Source: Desulfobacterales bacterium (GTDB lineage Bacteria > Desulfobacterota > Desulfobacteria > Desulfobacterales > UBA5852). Taken from it: a stretch of DNA of 64,000 nucleotides. Below the pieces are notes generated by a model. The model saw only the letters and a program-made list of their open reading frames with translations. It ran no database searches and had not been told where the DNA came from. How positions within the stretch are numbered: position 1 is the first letter of the stretch; every line of letters begins with the position of its first letter. The translations under genes were made by a program, and so were the position numbers. The DNA lies in the NCBI GenBank assembly GCA_963674755.2, contig CAXXVS010000002.1, positions 2,016,001-2,080,000 of the forward strand, in the 5' to 3' direction. This document shows, piece by piece, positions 9,512 to 19,233 of this stretch.

Positions 9512-11815
9512 GTGAGTAAACCGCTTGTTATTGTGGAATCACCCACCAAAATCAAAACCCTGGCGAAGGTGCTCGGGAATCAATATGCCATCGCGGCGAC
9601 CGTCGGCCACATCAAAGATCTGCCTGAAAAGGAAATGGGGGTCGATATCGAGGACGGCTTCAAGCCCCGCTATCGCACCATCGCCGGCAAGCAGAAGGTG
9701 ATCAAGAATCTCAAGGCCGCGGCCGGTGATAGCGACGAGATCTACCTGGCCCCCGACCCGGATCGCGAGGGCGAAGCCATTGCCTGGCACGCCGCCGAAG
9801 TCCTCAAGAAGAAGGGACGACGCTTTTATCGCGTCCTGTTTCACGAACTGACCCCCAATGCCATCAAAGAGGCCATCGCCCACCCCCGGGAACTGGACAC
9901 CGCCAAGTACGAAGCCCAGCAGACCCGAAGGATTCTGGATCGTCTGGTGGGCTATCAGATATCCCCCCTGCTGTGGAAAAAGGTCAAGGGCAGCCTGAGC
10001 GCCGGACGCGTGCAGTCGGTGGCGGTCAAAATGATCTGCGACCGGGAGCGGGCCATCCAGGCCTTCGAGCCCGAGGAATACTGGAGCATCACCGCCCGGC
10101 TGGACGGCAACACCCCGCCGCCGTTCAGCGCCAAACTGGTGCGCCAGGCCGGCAAGAAAATCAGCATCCCCAATGGCGACCAGGCCCGGTCCATCGTGGA
10201 CCAGCTCTCCCAGGCGGAATTTCGCGTCCAGCAGGTCGTCAAAAAGACCACCCGGCGCAATCCCCAGCCCCCTTTTATCACCAGCAAGCTACAGCAGGAA
10301 GCCATTCGCCGGCTCCGCTTTTCCGCCCGCAAAACCATGATTGTAGCCCAGCAACTCTACGAAGGCATCGAGCTGGGGGACGGCGAATCCGTCGGTCTGA
10401 TCACCTACATGCGGACGGACTCCACCCGTATTGCCGAAGAGGCCGCCCGGGAGGCCCTGCAGCTGATCACGGCGCGCTTCGGCAAGCCTTATGTGCTGGA
10501 CCAACCGCGCTTTTTCAAAAACCGCAAAAAGGCCCAGGATGCCCACGAGGCCATCCGCCCCACCTCGGTCTTTCACACACCGGAATCGGTAAAGCCTTAT
10601 CTCCAGCCGGACCAGCTGGCCCTCTACGAACTGATCTGGAAACGCTTCGTGGCCTCGCAGATGCAGCCGGCCCTCATCAATCAGCTGCGGCTGTCCATCA
10701 AAGCCGCCGATTTCATCTTCTCGGCCAGCGGCTCTTCGGTTAAATTCCCCGGCTTCATGGCGTTGTATACTTCGTCGGAAGAAGATGCCCAGCGCGAGAA
10801 GGAAAGTAAACAGGAGGACATCCCCGACCTGCCGGAGGGATCTCCCCTGGACCTCAAGGGATTGGAGCCCAAACAGCATTTTACCGCACCGCCGCCCCGT
10901 TTTTCAGAGGCCTCCCTGGTCAAGGAGCTGGAAGAAAACGGCATCGGGCGCCCCAGCACCTATGCCTCCATTCTCTCCACCATCCGGGACAAGGGCTATG
11001 TGGAGCGGGTGAAGGGCTATTTCCGCCCCAGCGAGCTGGGGTTTATCGTAAACGATCTGATCGTGATGAATTTTCCCGATATCTTCAATGTGGAATTCAC
11101 CGCCCGCATGGAAGACGACCTGGACCGCATCGAACAAAACGAGGCCGAGGCCCTTACGGTGCTGGGCCAATTCTACCGGCCCTTTAAAGTCAAACTGGAC
11201 GAGGCGGCCGATGGCATGCTCAGTATCAAGGGCGTCGGCTTCCCGACGGATTTGAAATGCCCCCAGTGCGGCAGCCGCCTGCATATCAAGGTCGGCAAGA
11301 ACGGCCCTTTCATTGCCTGCAGCGCCTATCCGAAATGCGACTACTCGCGCGATTACGAGCGCGATGAGAAAGGACGCATTCAGCCGGTGGAACCGGCGGC
11401 CGATCTGCCATCGGACAAGACCTGTGAAAAATGCGGACGGCCGATGGTCATCAAACACGGCCGCTACGGCGAATTCCTGGCCTGCACCGGCTATCCGGAA
11501 TGCAAGCACACCGAATCGCTCAGCAATGGCAGTTCCGGACGCTCCACGGGGGTCAAATGCCCGGAGCCCGGCTGCGCCGGCGACCTCACGGAGCGCAAGT
11601 CCCGGCGGGGAAAAGTCTTCTATGGCTGCAGCCGGTTCCCGGACTGCACCTACGCCATCTGGGACAAACCCGTGGCCCGGCCCTGCGAGGTCTGCGGCGC
11701 TCCTTTCATGGTCGAAAAATCCACCAAACGCGACGGCCGCTTCTACGCCTGTATCGCTGAGGGCTGCGGCAACCGGGAATCGATTCCCGAATCGGAGGGC
11801 GAGGAAGACGCCTGA
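9512..11815 (+). CDS. topA: DNA topoisomerase I with C-terminal zinc ribbons
   Basis: LVIVESPTK, DPDREGEAI, SAGRVQS, LITYMRTDS, repeated C4 Zn-ribbons. Confidence 0.97.
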   Translation: MSKPLVIVESPTKIKTLAKVLGNQYAIAATVGHIKDLPEKEMGVDIEDGFKPRYRTIAGKQKVIKNLKAAAGDSDEIYLAPDPDREGEAIAWHAAEVLKKKGRRFYRVLFHELTPNAIKEAIAHPRELDTAKYEAQQTRRILDRLVGYQISPLLWKKVKGSLSAGRVQSVAVKMICDRERAIQAFEPEEYWSITARLDGNTPPPFSAKLVRQAGKKISIPNGDQARSIVDQLSQAEFRVQQVVKKTTRRNPQPPFITSKLQQEAIRRLRFSARKTMIVAQQLYEGIELGDGESVGLITYMRTDSTRIAEEAAREALQLITARFGKPYVLDQPRFFKNRKKAQDAHEAIRPTSVFHTPESVKPYLQPDQLALYELIWKRFVASQMQPALINQLRLSIKAADFIFSASGSSVKFPGFMALYTSSEEDAQREKESKQEDIPDLPEGSPLDLKGLEPKQHFTAPPPRFSEASLVKELEENGIGRPSTYASILSTIRDKGYVERVKGYFRPSELGFIVNDLIVMNFPDIFNVEFTARMEDDLDRIEQNEAEALTVLGQFYRPFKVKLDEAADGMLSIKGVGFPTDLKCPQCGSRLHIKVGKNGPFIACSAYPKCDYSRDYERDEKGRIQPVEPAADLPSDKTCEKCGRPMVIKHGRYGEFLACTGYPECKHTESLSNGSSGRSTGVKCPEPGCAGDLTERKSRRGKVFYGCSRFPDCTYAIWDKPVARPCEVCGAPFMVEKSTKRDGRFYACIAEGCGNRESIPESEGEEDA

Positions 11816-11974
11816 GAAGATAATCGCATCGGCGGATCGGACTGGGTCGAAAAGCCTTTGCGGAGGATCATTTCTTCGCCGGCACGCCGCAACGGGTTCC
11901 AGCAACGAAAAAATTGTGCTTGACAAGTTCTTGCCGCCTTGTTAGTGAGCATAAAAATCATCTTGGAAATTCAT

Positions 11975-12076
11975 ATGGATACGCTGATTAGCTTTATCAA
12001 CCTGCTCGGTCTTATTATCGTCCTCGTGGTAGATATTCTCCTTCTACCACGAGGCAAGGGGTTGATAATGGCCTAA
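11975..12076 (+). CDS. ilv operon leader peptide, 33 aa, MDTLISFINLLGLIIVLVVDILLLPRGKGLIMA
   Basis: 18 of 33 codons are Leu/Ile/Val. Lies between TTGACA (11920-11925) and a terminator upstream of ilvD. Confidence 0.88.
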   Translation: MDTLISFINLLGLIIVLVVDILLLPRGKGLIMA

Positions 12077-12098
12077 ACCAGCGGACCAAAGATTTACC

Positions 12099-12138
12099 AA
12101 ATCCGTTATCAGCCCCGAGCTGATAACGGATTTTTTTT
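12099..12138 (+). terminator. Attenuator terminator of the ilv leader
   Basis: Stem AAATCCGTTATCAGC/GCTGATAACGGATTT followed by a T run. GGGGTTGATAATGG (about 12058-12071) can pair with CCGTTATCAGCCCC as an antiterminator. Confidence 0.9.
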
Positions 12139-12195
12139 GGCCTGAAATGAAGGATTTCGCAACAAGCTGCCACCCCAAGACCCAGGAGCCACCCC

Positions 12196-13863
12196 ATGCA
12201 CAGTGACAACGTTAAGAAAGGCCTCGAGCGCGCCCCCCACCGCTCCCTATTCAAAGCCATTGGCTATACCGATGCCGAAATCGAACGCCCCCTGATCGGC
12301 GTGGCCAATGCCGCCAACACGATCATCCCCGGCCACGCCCATCTGAACGCCATCGCCCAGGCGGTCAAAAACGGCATCTACATGGCCGGCGGCACCCCCA
12401 TCGAATTTGGTTCCATCGGGGTTTGCGACGGCATCGCCATGAACCATATCGGCATGAAGTATTCCCTGGGCAGCCGCGAAATCATTGCCGATTCGGTTGA
12501 AATCATGGCCGTCGCCCATGCCTTCGACGCCCTGGTGCTGATCCCCAATTGCGACAAGATCGTCCCCGGCATGCTGATGGCCGCCGCCCGGCTGGATCTG
12601 CCCGCCATCGTGGTCAGCGGCGGTCCCATGCTGGCCGGCGAACATCCCGCCAAACTCGGCGCCCGGGTGGACCTGATCACTGTCTTCGAAGCAGTGGGGG
12701 CGGTCAAAGCCGGCCGGATGAGCGTCGATGAACTCTCCGCCATGGAGGATGCGGCCTGTCCGACCTGCGGCTCCTGCTCGGGGATGTTTACGGCCAATTC
12801 CATGAACTGCCTGACCGAAGCCATCGGTCTGGGGCTGCCCGGCAACGGCACGATCCCGGCGGTGATGTCCGAACGCATCCGGCTGGCCAAGCAGGCCGGC
12901 ATGCAAAGCGTGGCCCTGGCCCAGTCCGGTTTGACCCCCCGCCGCATCCTGACGCCCCAGGCCTTTCGCAACGCCCTGACGGTCGACATGGCCCTGGGGT
13001 GCTCCACCAATACGGCGCTCCATCTGACCGCCATCGCCCATGAAGCCGGGGTGCCCCTGGATCTCGATATGATCAACGCCATCAGCGAACGCACACCGCA
13101 TCTGTGTTCCCTGAGCCCCGGCGGGCGCCACCATATCCAGGATCTGCACCGCGCCGGCGGTATTCCGGCCGTCATGCAGATCCTCAACGAAGCCGGCCTC
13201 ATCGACACGGAAGTACTCACCGTCAGCGGCCGGACGGTGGGTGAAAATCTGTCCTGCGCCGTGCTGCGGGATGCCGATGTCATCCGCCCCGTGGCCCAAG
13301 CCTATCATCCGGTGGGCGGCCTGGCGGTCCTCTTCGGCAATCTCGCGCCGGAGGGCTGTGTGGTCAAACAATCGGCCGTGCGGGAAGAAATGCTGCGGCA
13401 CGAGGGGCCGGCCCGCGTCTTCGATACCGAAGAAGAGGCCACCCAGGCCATTATGGACGGCCATATCCACAAGGGGGATGTGGTGGTGATCCGCTATGAG
13501 GGCCCCAAGGGCGGCCCCGGGATGCGGGAGATGCTGACCCCCACGTCAGCCATCGCCGGCATGGGGCTCGACGCCCACGTGGCCCTGCTGACCGACGGCC
13601 GTTTTTCCGGCGGCTCCCGGGGCGCCGTTATCGGCCACATCTCCCCGGAAGCCATGCAGGGCGGCCCCCTCGCCCTGGTGGCGGAAGGCGACCGCATCAC
13701 CATTGATATCCCCGGCAAGACCCTTACCCTTCAAGTGGACGAAAGCGAGCTGGCCCGCCGCCGGTCCGCATGGCAGGCGCCCGCCCCCCGGATCACGACA
13801 GGCTACATGGCGCGCTACGCCAAGCTGGTGTCCTCGGCCGCCCAGGGGGCCATTGTCGAATAA
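12196..13863 (+). CDS. ilvD: Dihydroxy-acid dehydratase
   Basis: [50 protein letters not shown]. Confidence 0.97.
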   Translation: MHSDNVKKGLERAPHRSLFKAIGYTDAEIERPLIGVANAANTIIPGHAHLNAIAQAVKNGIYMAGGTPIEFGSIGVCDGIAMNHIGMKYSLGSREIIADSVEIMAVAHAFDALVLIPNCDKIVPGMLMAAARLDLPAIVVSGGPMLAGEHPAKLGARVDLITVFEAVGAVKAGRMSVDELSAMEDAACPTCGSCSGMFTANSMNCLTEAIGLGLPGNGTIPAVMSERIRLAKQAGMQSVALAQSGLTPRRILTPQAFRNALTVDMALGCSTNTALHLTAIAHEAGVPLDLDMINAISERTPHLCSLSPGGRHHIQDLHRAGGIPAVMQILNEAGLIDTEVLTVSGRTVGENLSCAVLRDADVIRPVAQAYHPVGGLAVLFGNLAPEGCVVKQSAVREEMLRHEGPARVFDTEEEATQAIMDGHIHKGDVVVIRYEGPKGGPGMREMLTPTSAIAGMGLDAHVALLTDGRFSGGSRGAVIGHISPEAMQGGPLALVAEGDRITIDIPGKTLTLQVDESELARRRSAWQAPAPRITTGYMARYAKLVSSAAQGAIVE

Positions 13864-13888
13864 TCCTCATACCCAAGGTGAACGCATC

Positions 13889-15577
13889 ATGGAAATGACC
13901 GGTGCACAAATTCTGATGGCGGTTTTGCAGGAACAGGGAGTCGATACGATATTCGGCTTCCCGGGAGGGGCTGTCATCGACATCTACGATGAACTGGTGA
14001 AAACCGACATACGCCATGTCCTGGTCCGCCATGAGCAAGGGGCCGTGCATGCCGCCGACGGCTATGCCCGGGCCAGCGGCCGTACGGGAGTCTGCCTGGT
14101 CACCTCGGGGCCGGGAGCCACCAACACGGTCACCGGGATCGCCACGGCCTACATGGACTCGATTCCCATGGTCGTCATTACCGGTCAGGTGCCCACCCAC
14201 CTGATCGGCAACGACGCCTTTCAGGAAGTGGATATTACCGGTATCACCCGGCCCTGCACCAAGCACAACTATCTGGTCAAAAGCGTCGACGATCTGGCCC
14301 GGGTGATGCGGGAAGCCTTCTACATCGCCAAATCGGGGCGGCCCGGACCGGTCTTGGTGGACATCCCCAAAGATGTGGCTAACGGCCGCACCCGCTGGGA
14401 CGACGATCCCCAGGTGCGTATCAAATCCTATCAGCCCAACTACAAGCCCAACATGAAGCAGCTCAAAAAAGTGGTCAGCCTGATGAAGAAAGCCGAGCGC
14501 CCTGTGCTCTTCGGCGGCGGCGGGTTGATTTTGTCCGATGCCTCGGCGGCGTTTACCGAATTTGCGCGCCAGACCCGGACCCCGGTGACGACCTCCCTGA
14601 TGGGCCTGGGAGCCTTCCCCGGATCGGATCCCCTCTGGCTGGGCATGATCGGCATGCACGGCACCTACCGGGCCAACATGTCCACCGGCAACTGCGATCT
14701 CCTGATCGCCATCGGAGTGCGCTTCGACGACCGGGTCACCGGCAAGATCGAAACCTTCGCCGGCAAGGCCAAGATCGTTCACATCGACATCGATCCCACC
14801 TCGATCCGCAAAAACGTCCAGGTGGCCGTCCCGGTGGTGGGGGACTGCCGGGAATCCCTGGAGCGGCTCAACGAGCTGATCGCTGCCGAGAACATCACCG
14901 ATTTCGAGGAACGGCATCGGCCCTGGCTGGGGCAGGTCGACACCTGGCGCACGCAGTTTCGCCTGGCCTACGATCAGGGGGACCAAATCATCAAACCGCA
15001 ATTCGTCATCGACAAGCTCTTCGAGCTCACCCAGGGCCGTGCCATCATCACCACGGAGGTGGGCCAGAACCAGATGTGGACCGCCCAGTTCTATCACTTT
15101 GACGGCCCCCGCCAGTTTCTGACATCCGGCGGCCTGGGGACGATGGGCTTCGGCCTGCCGGCTGCCATCGGCGCCAAGGCGGCCTGCCCCGACCGCGAGG
15201 TGGTGGACGTGGCCGGGGACGGCAGCATTCAGATGAACATCCAGGAGCTGGCCACGGCGGTGCAGTCCTGCCTGCCGGTTAAAATCGTGATCCTCAACAA
15301 CGGCTATCTGGGCATGGTGCGCCAGTGGCAGGAGTTGTTCTACGACAAACGCTACGCCTGCACCCTGATGGATCACCAGCCCGATTTCGTCAAGCTGGCA
15401 GAGGCTTATGGTGCCCTGGGTCTGCGGGCCAAACGCCCCGACCAGGTCGTGCCGGTGCTGAAAGAGGGACTGGCCGCCGACCGCACGGTCATCATGGACT
15501 TCGTGGTGGAAAAGGAGGAGAGCGTCTACCCCATGGTACCGGCGGGCGCTAACATTACGGAAATGCTGCTCGTGTAA
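13889..15577 (+). CDS. ilvB: Acetolactate synthase large subunit
   Basis: FGFPGGAV, RHEQGAVHAADGYAR, GDGSIQMN TPP motif, GMVRQWQ. Confidence 0.97.
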   Translation: MEMTGAQILMAVLQEQGVDTIFGFPGGAVIDIYDELVKTDIRHVLVRHEQGAVHAADGYARASGRTGVCLVTSGPGATNTVTGIATAYMDSIPMVVITGQVPTHLIGNDAFQEVDITGITRPCTKHNYLVKSVDDLARVMREAFYIAKSGRPGPVLVDIPKDVANGRTRWDDDPQVRIKSYQPNYKPNMKQLKKVVSLMKKAERPVLFGGGGLILSDASAAFTEFARQTRTPVTTSLMGLGAFPGSDPLWLGMIGMHGTYRANMSTGNCDLLIAIGVRFDDRVTGKIETFAGKAKIVHIDIDPTSIRKNVQVAVPVVGDCRESLERLNELIAAENITDFEERHRPWLGQVDTWRTQFRLAYDQGDQIIKPQFVIDKLFELTQGRAIITTEVGQNQMWTAQFYHFDGPRQFLTSGGLGTMGFGLPAAIGAKAACPDREVVDVAGDGSIQMNIQELATAVQSCLPVKIVILNNGYLGMVRQWQELFYDKRYACTLMDHQPDFVKLAEAYGALGLRAKRPDQVVPVLKEGLAADRTVIMDFVVEKEESVYPMVPAGANITEMLLV

Positions 15578-15617
15578 CGACAATTGACGGAACGATAGAG
15601 CGAGGCGAAGCAGGCGT

Positions 15618-16106
15618 ATGAACGAAGACAAACACGTCATCACCATGCTGGTGGACAACGAACCCGGCGTTTTATCGCGCGTGGTGGGGCTTTTCGGCGG
15701 GCGGGGTTTCAATATCGAAAGCCTGTGCGTGGCCGAAACCGTCACCCCGGGCGTTTCCCGCATTACCATTGTCACCAAGGCCAACCCGCCGGTGGTGGAG
15801 CAGATCGAGAAGCAGCTCAACAAACTGATCAACGTCATCAAGGTCCGCGACCTGACCCGCGCCGATGCCGTCAAGCGGGAAATGGCCCTGGTCTGCGTCA
15901 AAGCCTGTCCGGAGCACCGGGCGGAGATCCTGCGCATCGTGGATATCTTCCGCTGCAAGGTGGTGGATGTGGGACTGGAGCATTTCATCATCGAGGTGAC
16001 CGGCGACGAGGGCAAACTGCGCGCGCTGATCAGTTTGCTCAAACCCATGGGCATCAAGAAAATCGCGCGCACCGGGACCATCGCCCTGAAGCGCGAGCCC
16101 AAATAG
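15618..16106 (+). CDS. ilvN: Acetolactate synthase small regulatory subunit
   Basis: ACT domain LVDNEPGVLSRVVGLF..RGFNIESL; C-terminal ARTG. Confidence 0.96.
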   Translation: MNEDKHVITMLVDNEPGVLSRVVGLFGGRGFNIESLCVAETVTPGVSRITIVTKANPPVVEQIEKQLNKLINVIKVRDLTRADAVKREMALVCVKACPEHRAEILRIVDIFRCKVVDVGLEHFIIEVTGDEGKLRALISLLKPMGIKKIARTGTIALKREPK

Positions 16107-16175
16107 AAGACCGGCCGGTGCGTCCGGCGAAAAAATAGAAACCTCAACCAGTGTTCGATAGCGAAAGGAAGACCA

Positions 16176-17234
16176 ATGGCCCAGATTGATTTTGGCGGAG
16201 TTGTGGAAGAAGTGATCACCTCGGAAGAATTCTCCCTGGACGAAGCGCGCGAAGTGCTCGGCCGCGAAACCGTGGCCGTCCTCGGATACGGTGTCCAGGG
16301 ACCCGGACAGGCCCTGAACATGCGGGACAACGGCATCCAGGTGATTGTCGGCCAGCGGGAAGGCGGCGCTTCCTGGGACCGGGCCGTGGCCGACGGCTTC
16401 GTTCCCGGCGAAACCCTCCTGCCCATCGAAGAAGCCGCCCAACGCGGTACCATCATCCAGTACCTTCTTTCGGACGCCGGCCAGTCGGCCATGTGGCCCA
16501 AGGTCAAGGCCTGTCTCAACGAAGGCGATGCCCTGTATTTCTCCCACGGCTTTTCGGTGGTCTACAAGGATCAGACCGGGATTGTCCCGCCGGCCAACGT
16601 GGACGTTATCCTGGTGGCCCCCAAGGGCTCGGGCACCACGGTGCGGCGCAACTTCCTGGACGGCAGCGGGATCAATTCGAGCTTTGCCGTCTTCCAGGAT
16701 TTCACGGGCCAGGCCCGGCGCCGGGCCCTGGCCGCCGGCATTGCCATCGGATCCGGCTATCTCTTTCCCACGACTTTCGAACACGAAGTCTACAGCGACC
16801 TGACGGGTGAACGCGGGGTGCTCATGGGATGTCTGGCCGGCGTCATGGAGGCCCAGTACAATCTGCTGCGCAAGCACGGGCACAGTCCCAGCGAAGCCTT
16901 CAACGAGACGGTGGAGGAACTCACCCAGAGCCTGATCCGTCTGGTGGCGGAGAATGGAATGGACTGGATGTTTGCCAATTGCAGCACCACGGCCCAGCGG
17001 GGCGCCCTGGACTGGGCCCCCCGCTTCCGCGACGCGGTGGTGCCGGTTTTCGATGCCCTCTACAAAAGTGTCCAATCGGGACAAGAAACCCGCCGCGTCA
17101 TGGAAACGTGCAGTGCCGCCGATTACCGGGAAAAATTGCAGGCCGAATTGAAGGTCCTCGGCCAATCGGAAATGTGGCGGGCCGGGGCCGCGGTACGGTC
17201 CCTGCGTCCGGAAAACCGGGCGGTGGACAAATAA
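16176..17234 (+). CDS. ilvC: Ketol-acid reductoisomerase (Bacteroidetes/fungal Ilv5-like type)
   Basis: VLGYGVQGPGQALNMRDNG, FSHGF, VAPKGSG, SDLTGERGVLMG, NCSTTAQRGALDW. Confidence 0.93.
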   Translation: MAQIDFGGVVEEVITSEEFSLDEAREVLGRETVAVLGYGVQGPGQALNMRDNGIQVIVGQREGGASWDRAVADGFVPGETLLPIEEAAQRGTIIQYLLSDAGQSAMWPKVKACLNEGDALYFSHGFSVVYKDQTGIVPPANVDVILVAPKGSGTTVRRNFLDGSGINSSFAVFQDFTGQARRRALAAGIAIGSGYLFPTTFEHEVYSDLTGERGVLMGCLAGVMEAQYNLLRKHGHSPSEAFNETVEELTQSLIRLVAENGMDWMFANCSTTAQRGALDWAPRFRDAVVPVFDALYKSVQSGQETRRVMETCSAADYREKLQAELKVLGQSEMWRAGAAVRSLRPENRAVDK

Positions 17235-17273
17235 AGGGCACCACAACAGGGGATGATGCAAAAGGATACCGAC

Positions 17274-18902
17274 ATGGAGCCCATGAAGCTCTACGACACG
17301 ACCTTGCGGGACGGCACCCAGGGGGAGGACATCTCCTTCTCGGCCGACGAGAAACTGGCCATCGCCCAGCGGCTGGACGAGATGGGTGTCCACTATATCG
17401 AAGGGGGCTGGCCGGGCTCCAACCCGCGCGACATGCATTTCTTCGATCTGGCCAAACGGGAGGAATTCCGGAACGCCCGCTTAACGGCCTTCGGATCCAC
17501 CCGTCGCCGGGATCGCACGGCGGCCGAAGATCCCAACCTGAAAGCCCTGCTGCAAAGCGGGGCCCCGACGGTGGCCATCTTCGGCAAGACCTGGGATCTG
17601 CATGTGGAAACCATCATGGGCACCACGCTGGCGGAAAACCTCGACATGATCCGGGAGACCGTGGCCTTCCTTAAAGGGGAAAACCGGGAAGTGGTCTACG
17701 ATGCCGAGCATTTTTTCGACGGCTATGCCGCCAACCGCGCCTATGCCCTGCAGACCCTGCAAGCGGCGGTGGAAGCCGGCGCGGACTGGGTGGTGCTGTG
17801 CGACACCAACGGGGGGTCGCTGCCCTTTGATGTGGAGGCCGCCACCCGCGCCGTGCGGGAGCAGCTGGCGGCCTTCAGCACTCCGCTGGAAAGGCCGCAG
17901 CCCGGTATCGGCATCCATACCCATAACGACAGCGGGCTGGCCCTGGCCAATGCCCTGGCCGCGGTCCGGGCCGGGGCCCGCATGGTGCACGGCACGGTGA
18001 ACGGCTACGGCGAGCGTTGCGGCAATGCCGATCTCACCTCCCTGATCCCGGTGCTGCAGGTTAAAATGCACTATCCCTGCGTGGCCGAGGCCAGCCTGGC
18101 CAAGCTCAAGAGTCTGTCGCGCTTTGTCAGCGAAACGGCCAACCAGGTGCCCAGCAACACCCGGCCCTTTGTGGGTAAGAGCGCCTTCGCCCATAAGGGG
18201 GGCATCCACGTCAGCGCCATCATGAAGGAACCCCGGGCCTACGAGCATATGGACCCGGCCCGGGTGGGCAACCGCCGAAGGGTGCTGGTCTCCGACCTCT
18301 CCGGCAAAAGCAATGTGGAATATAAAGCCAAGGAGCTGGGGGTGACCTTGGGCGGCAACGGCTTTAACAGCCGGGAGATCGTGGGCCGCATCAAGGAAAT
18401 GGAGGAGCAGGGCTACCAGTTCGACATGGCCGACGGCACTTTCAAGATCATGGTGGAAAAGTTCACCGAGCAGTTCCAGCCGCTCTTCGATCTGGAATCT
18501 TTCCGGGTCTCCATCGAAAAGGACAAGGATCAACCCTGCACGGCCCACGCCACCATCAAGGTCGCCGTGGGCGGATCGGAAGAAATCACCGCCGCCGAAG
18601 GCCTGGGCCCGGTGAGCGCCCTGGACAATGCCCTGCGCAAGGCCCTGGGGCGCTTCTATCCGGATCTCGACGCCATGCGTCTGGTGGATTTCAAGGTGCG
18701 CGTCATCGACGGCCGGGACGGCACCGCCGCCAAAGTGCGGGTGCTCATCGAGTCCCGCGACCACGATGACATCTGGACCACCATCGGTGTTTCCGAAGAC
18801 ATTATCGAAGCCAGCTGGCAGGCCCTGGCCGACAGCTTTCAATACAAACTGGCCAAGGCCGACGACAGGAATGCCACCCGCCAAAAGCAGGTTTCCATTT
18901 AA
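17274..18902 (+). CDS. cimA: Citramalate synthase (start may instead be 17253)
   Basis: YDTTLRDGTQGE, EGGWPGSNP, YDAEHFFDG, FAHKGGIHVSA, LeuA-type allosteric C-terminus. Confidence 0.92.
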   Translation: MEPMKLYDTTLRDGTQGEDISFSADEKLAIAQRLDEMGVHYIEGGWPGSNPRDMHFFDLAKREEFRNARLTAFGSTRRRDRTAAEDPNLKALLQSGAPTVAIFGKTWDLHVETIMGTTLAENLDMIRETVAFLKGENREVVYDAEHFFDGYAANRAYALQTLQAAVEAGADWVVLCDTNGGSLPFDVEAATRAVREQLAAFSTPLERPQPGIGIHTHNDSGLALANALAAVRAGARMVHGTVNGYGERCGNADLTSLIPVLQVKMHYPCVAEASLAKLKSLSRFVSETANQVPSNTRPFVGKSAFAHKGGIHVSAIMKEPRAYEHMDPARVGNRRRVLVSDLSGKSNVEYKAKELGVTLGGNGFNSREIVGRIKEMEEQGYQFDMADGTFKIMVEKFTEQFQPLFDLESFRVSIEKDKDQPCTAHATIKVAVGGSEEITAAEGLGPVSALDNALRKALGRFYPDLDAMRLVDFKVRVIDGRDGTAAKVRVLIESRDHDDIWTTIGVSEDIIEASWQALADSFQYKLAKADDRNATRQKQVSI

Positions 18903-19233
18903 CGCTGTTCAACCAAGGGGGGGCGGGAAGACCTCGCGCCGCCCTGACCGCAGGAAGCATAACCATGTTTACCCGAGCAAGCGATAGAAGGTCCAATGCC
19001 GCAGAGATCCGCCCCGACCGGTCTCTGCGGCCCATGCTCCTCGCGACCGTCTATGATGGTCGGACAGGAGCGGCCCGAGGGGAAGTGCACCTTACTTCTG
19101 ACTGAGACCGCCCGTACCTGCCGGACACCTCATTTTCGATCCCCCTTTGTACCGATATTGTTGGAATACCTCCCGGGACGGTGTGTCAGCCCTGGATGGT
19201 TTTCGCAAACGCATTACACGAGGAGCCAATACC

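Noticed and set aside
13793..17438. 908-aa and 588-aa minus-strand ORFs
   Set aside because: Antisense shadows of ilvB/ilvN/ilvC caused by GC-rich codon bias
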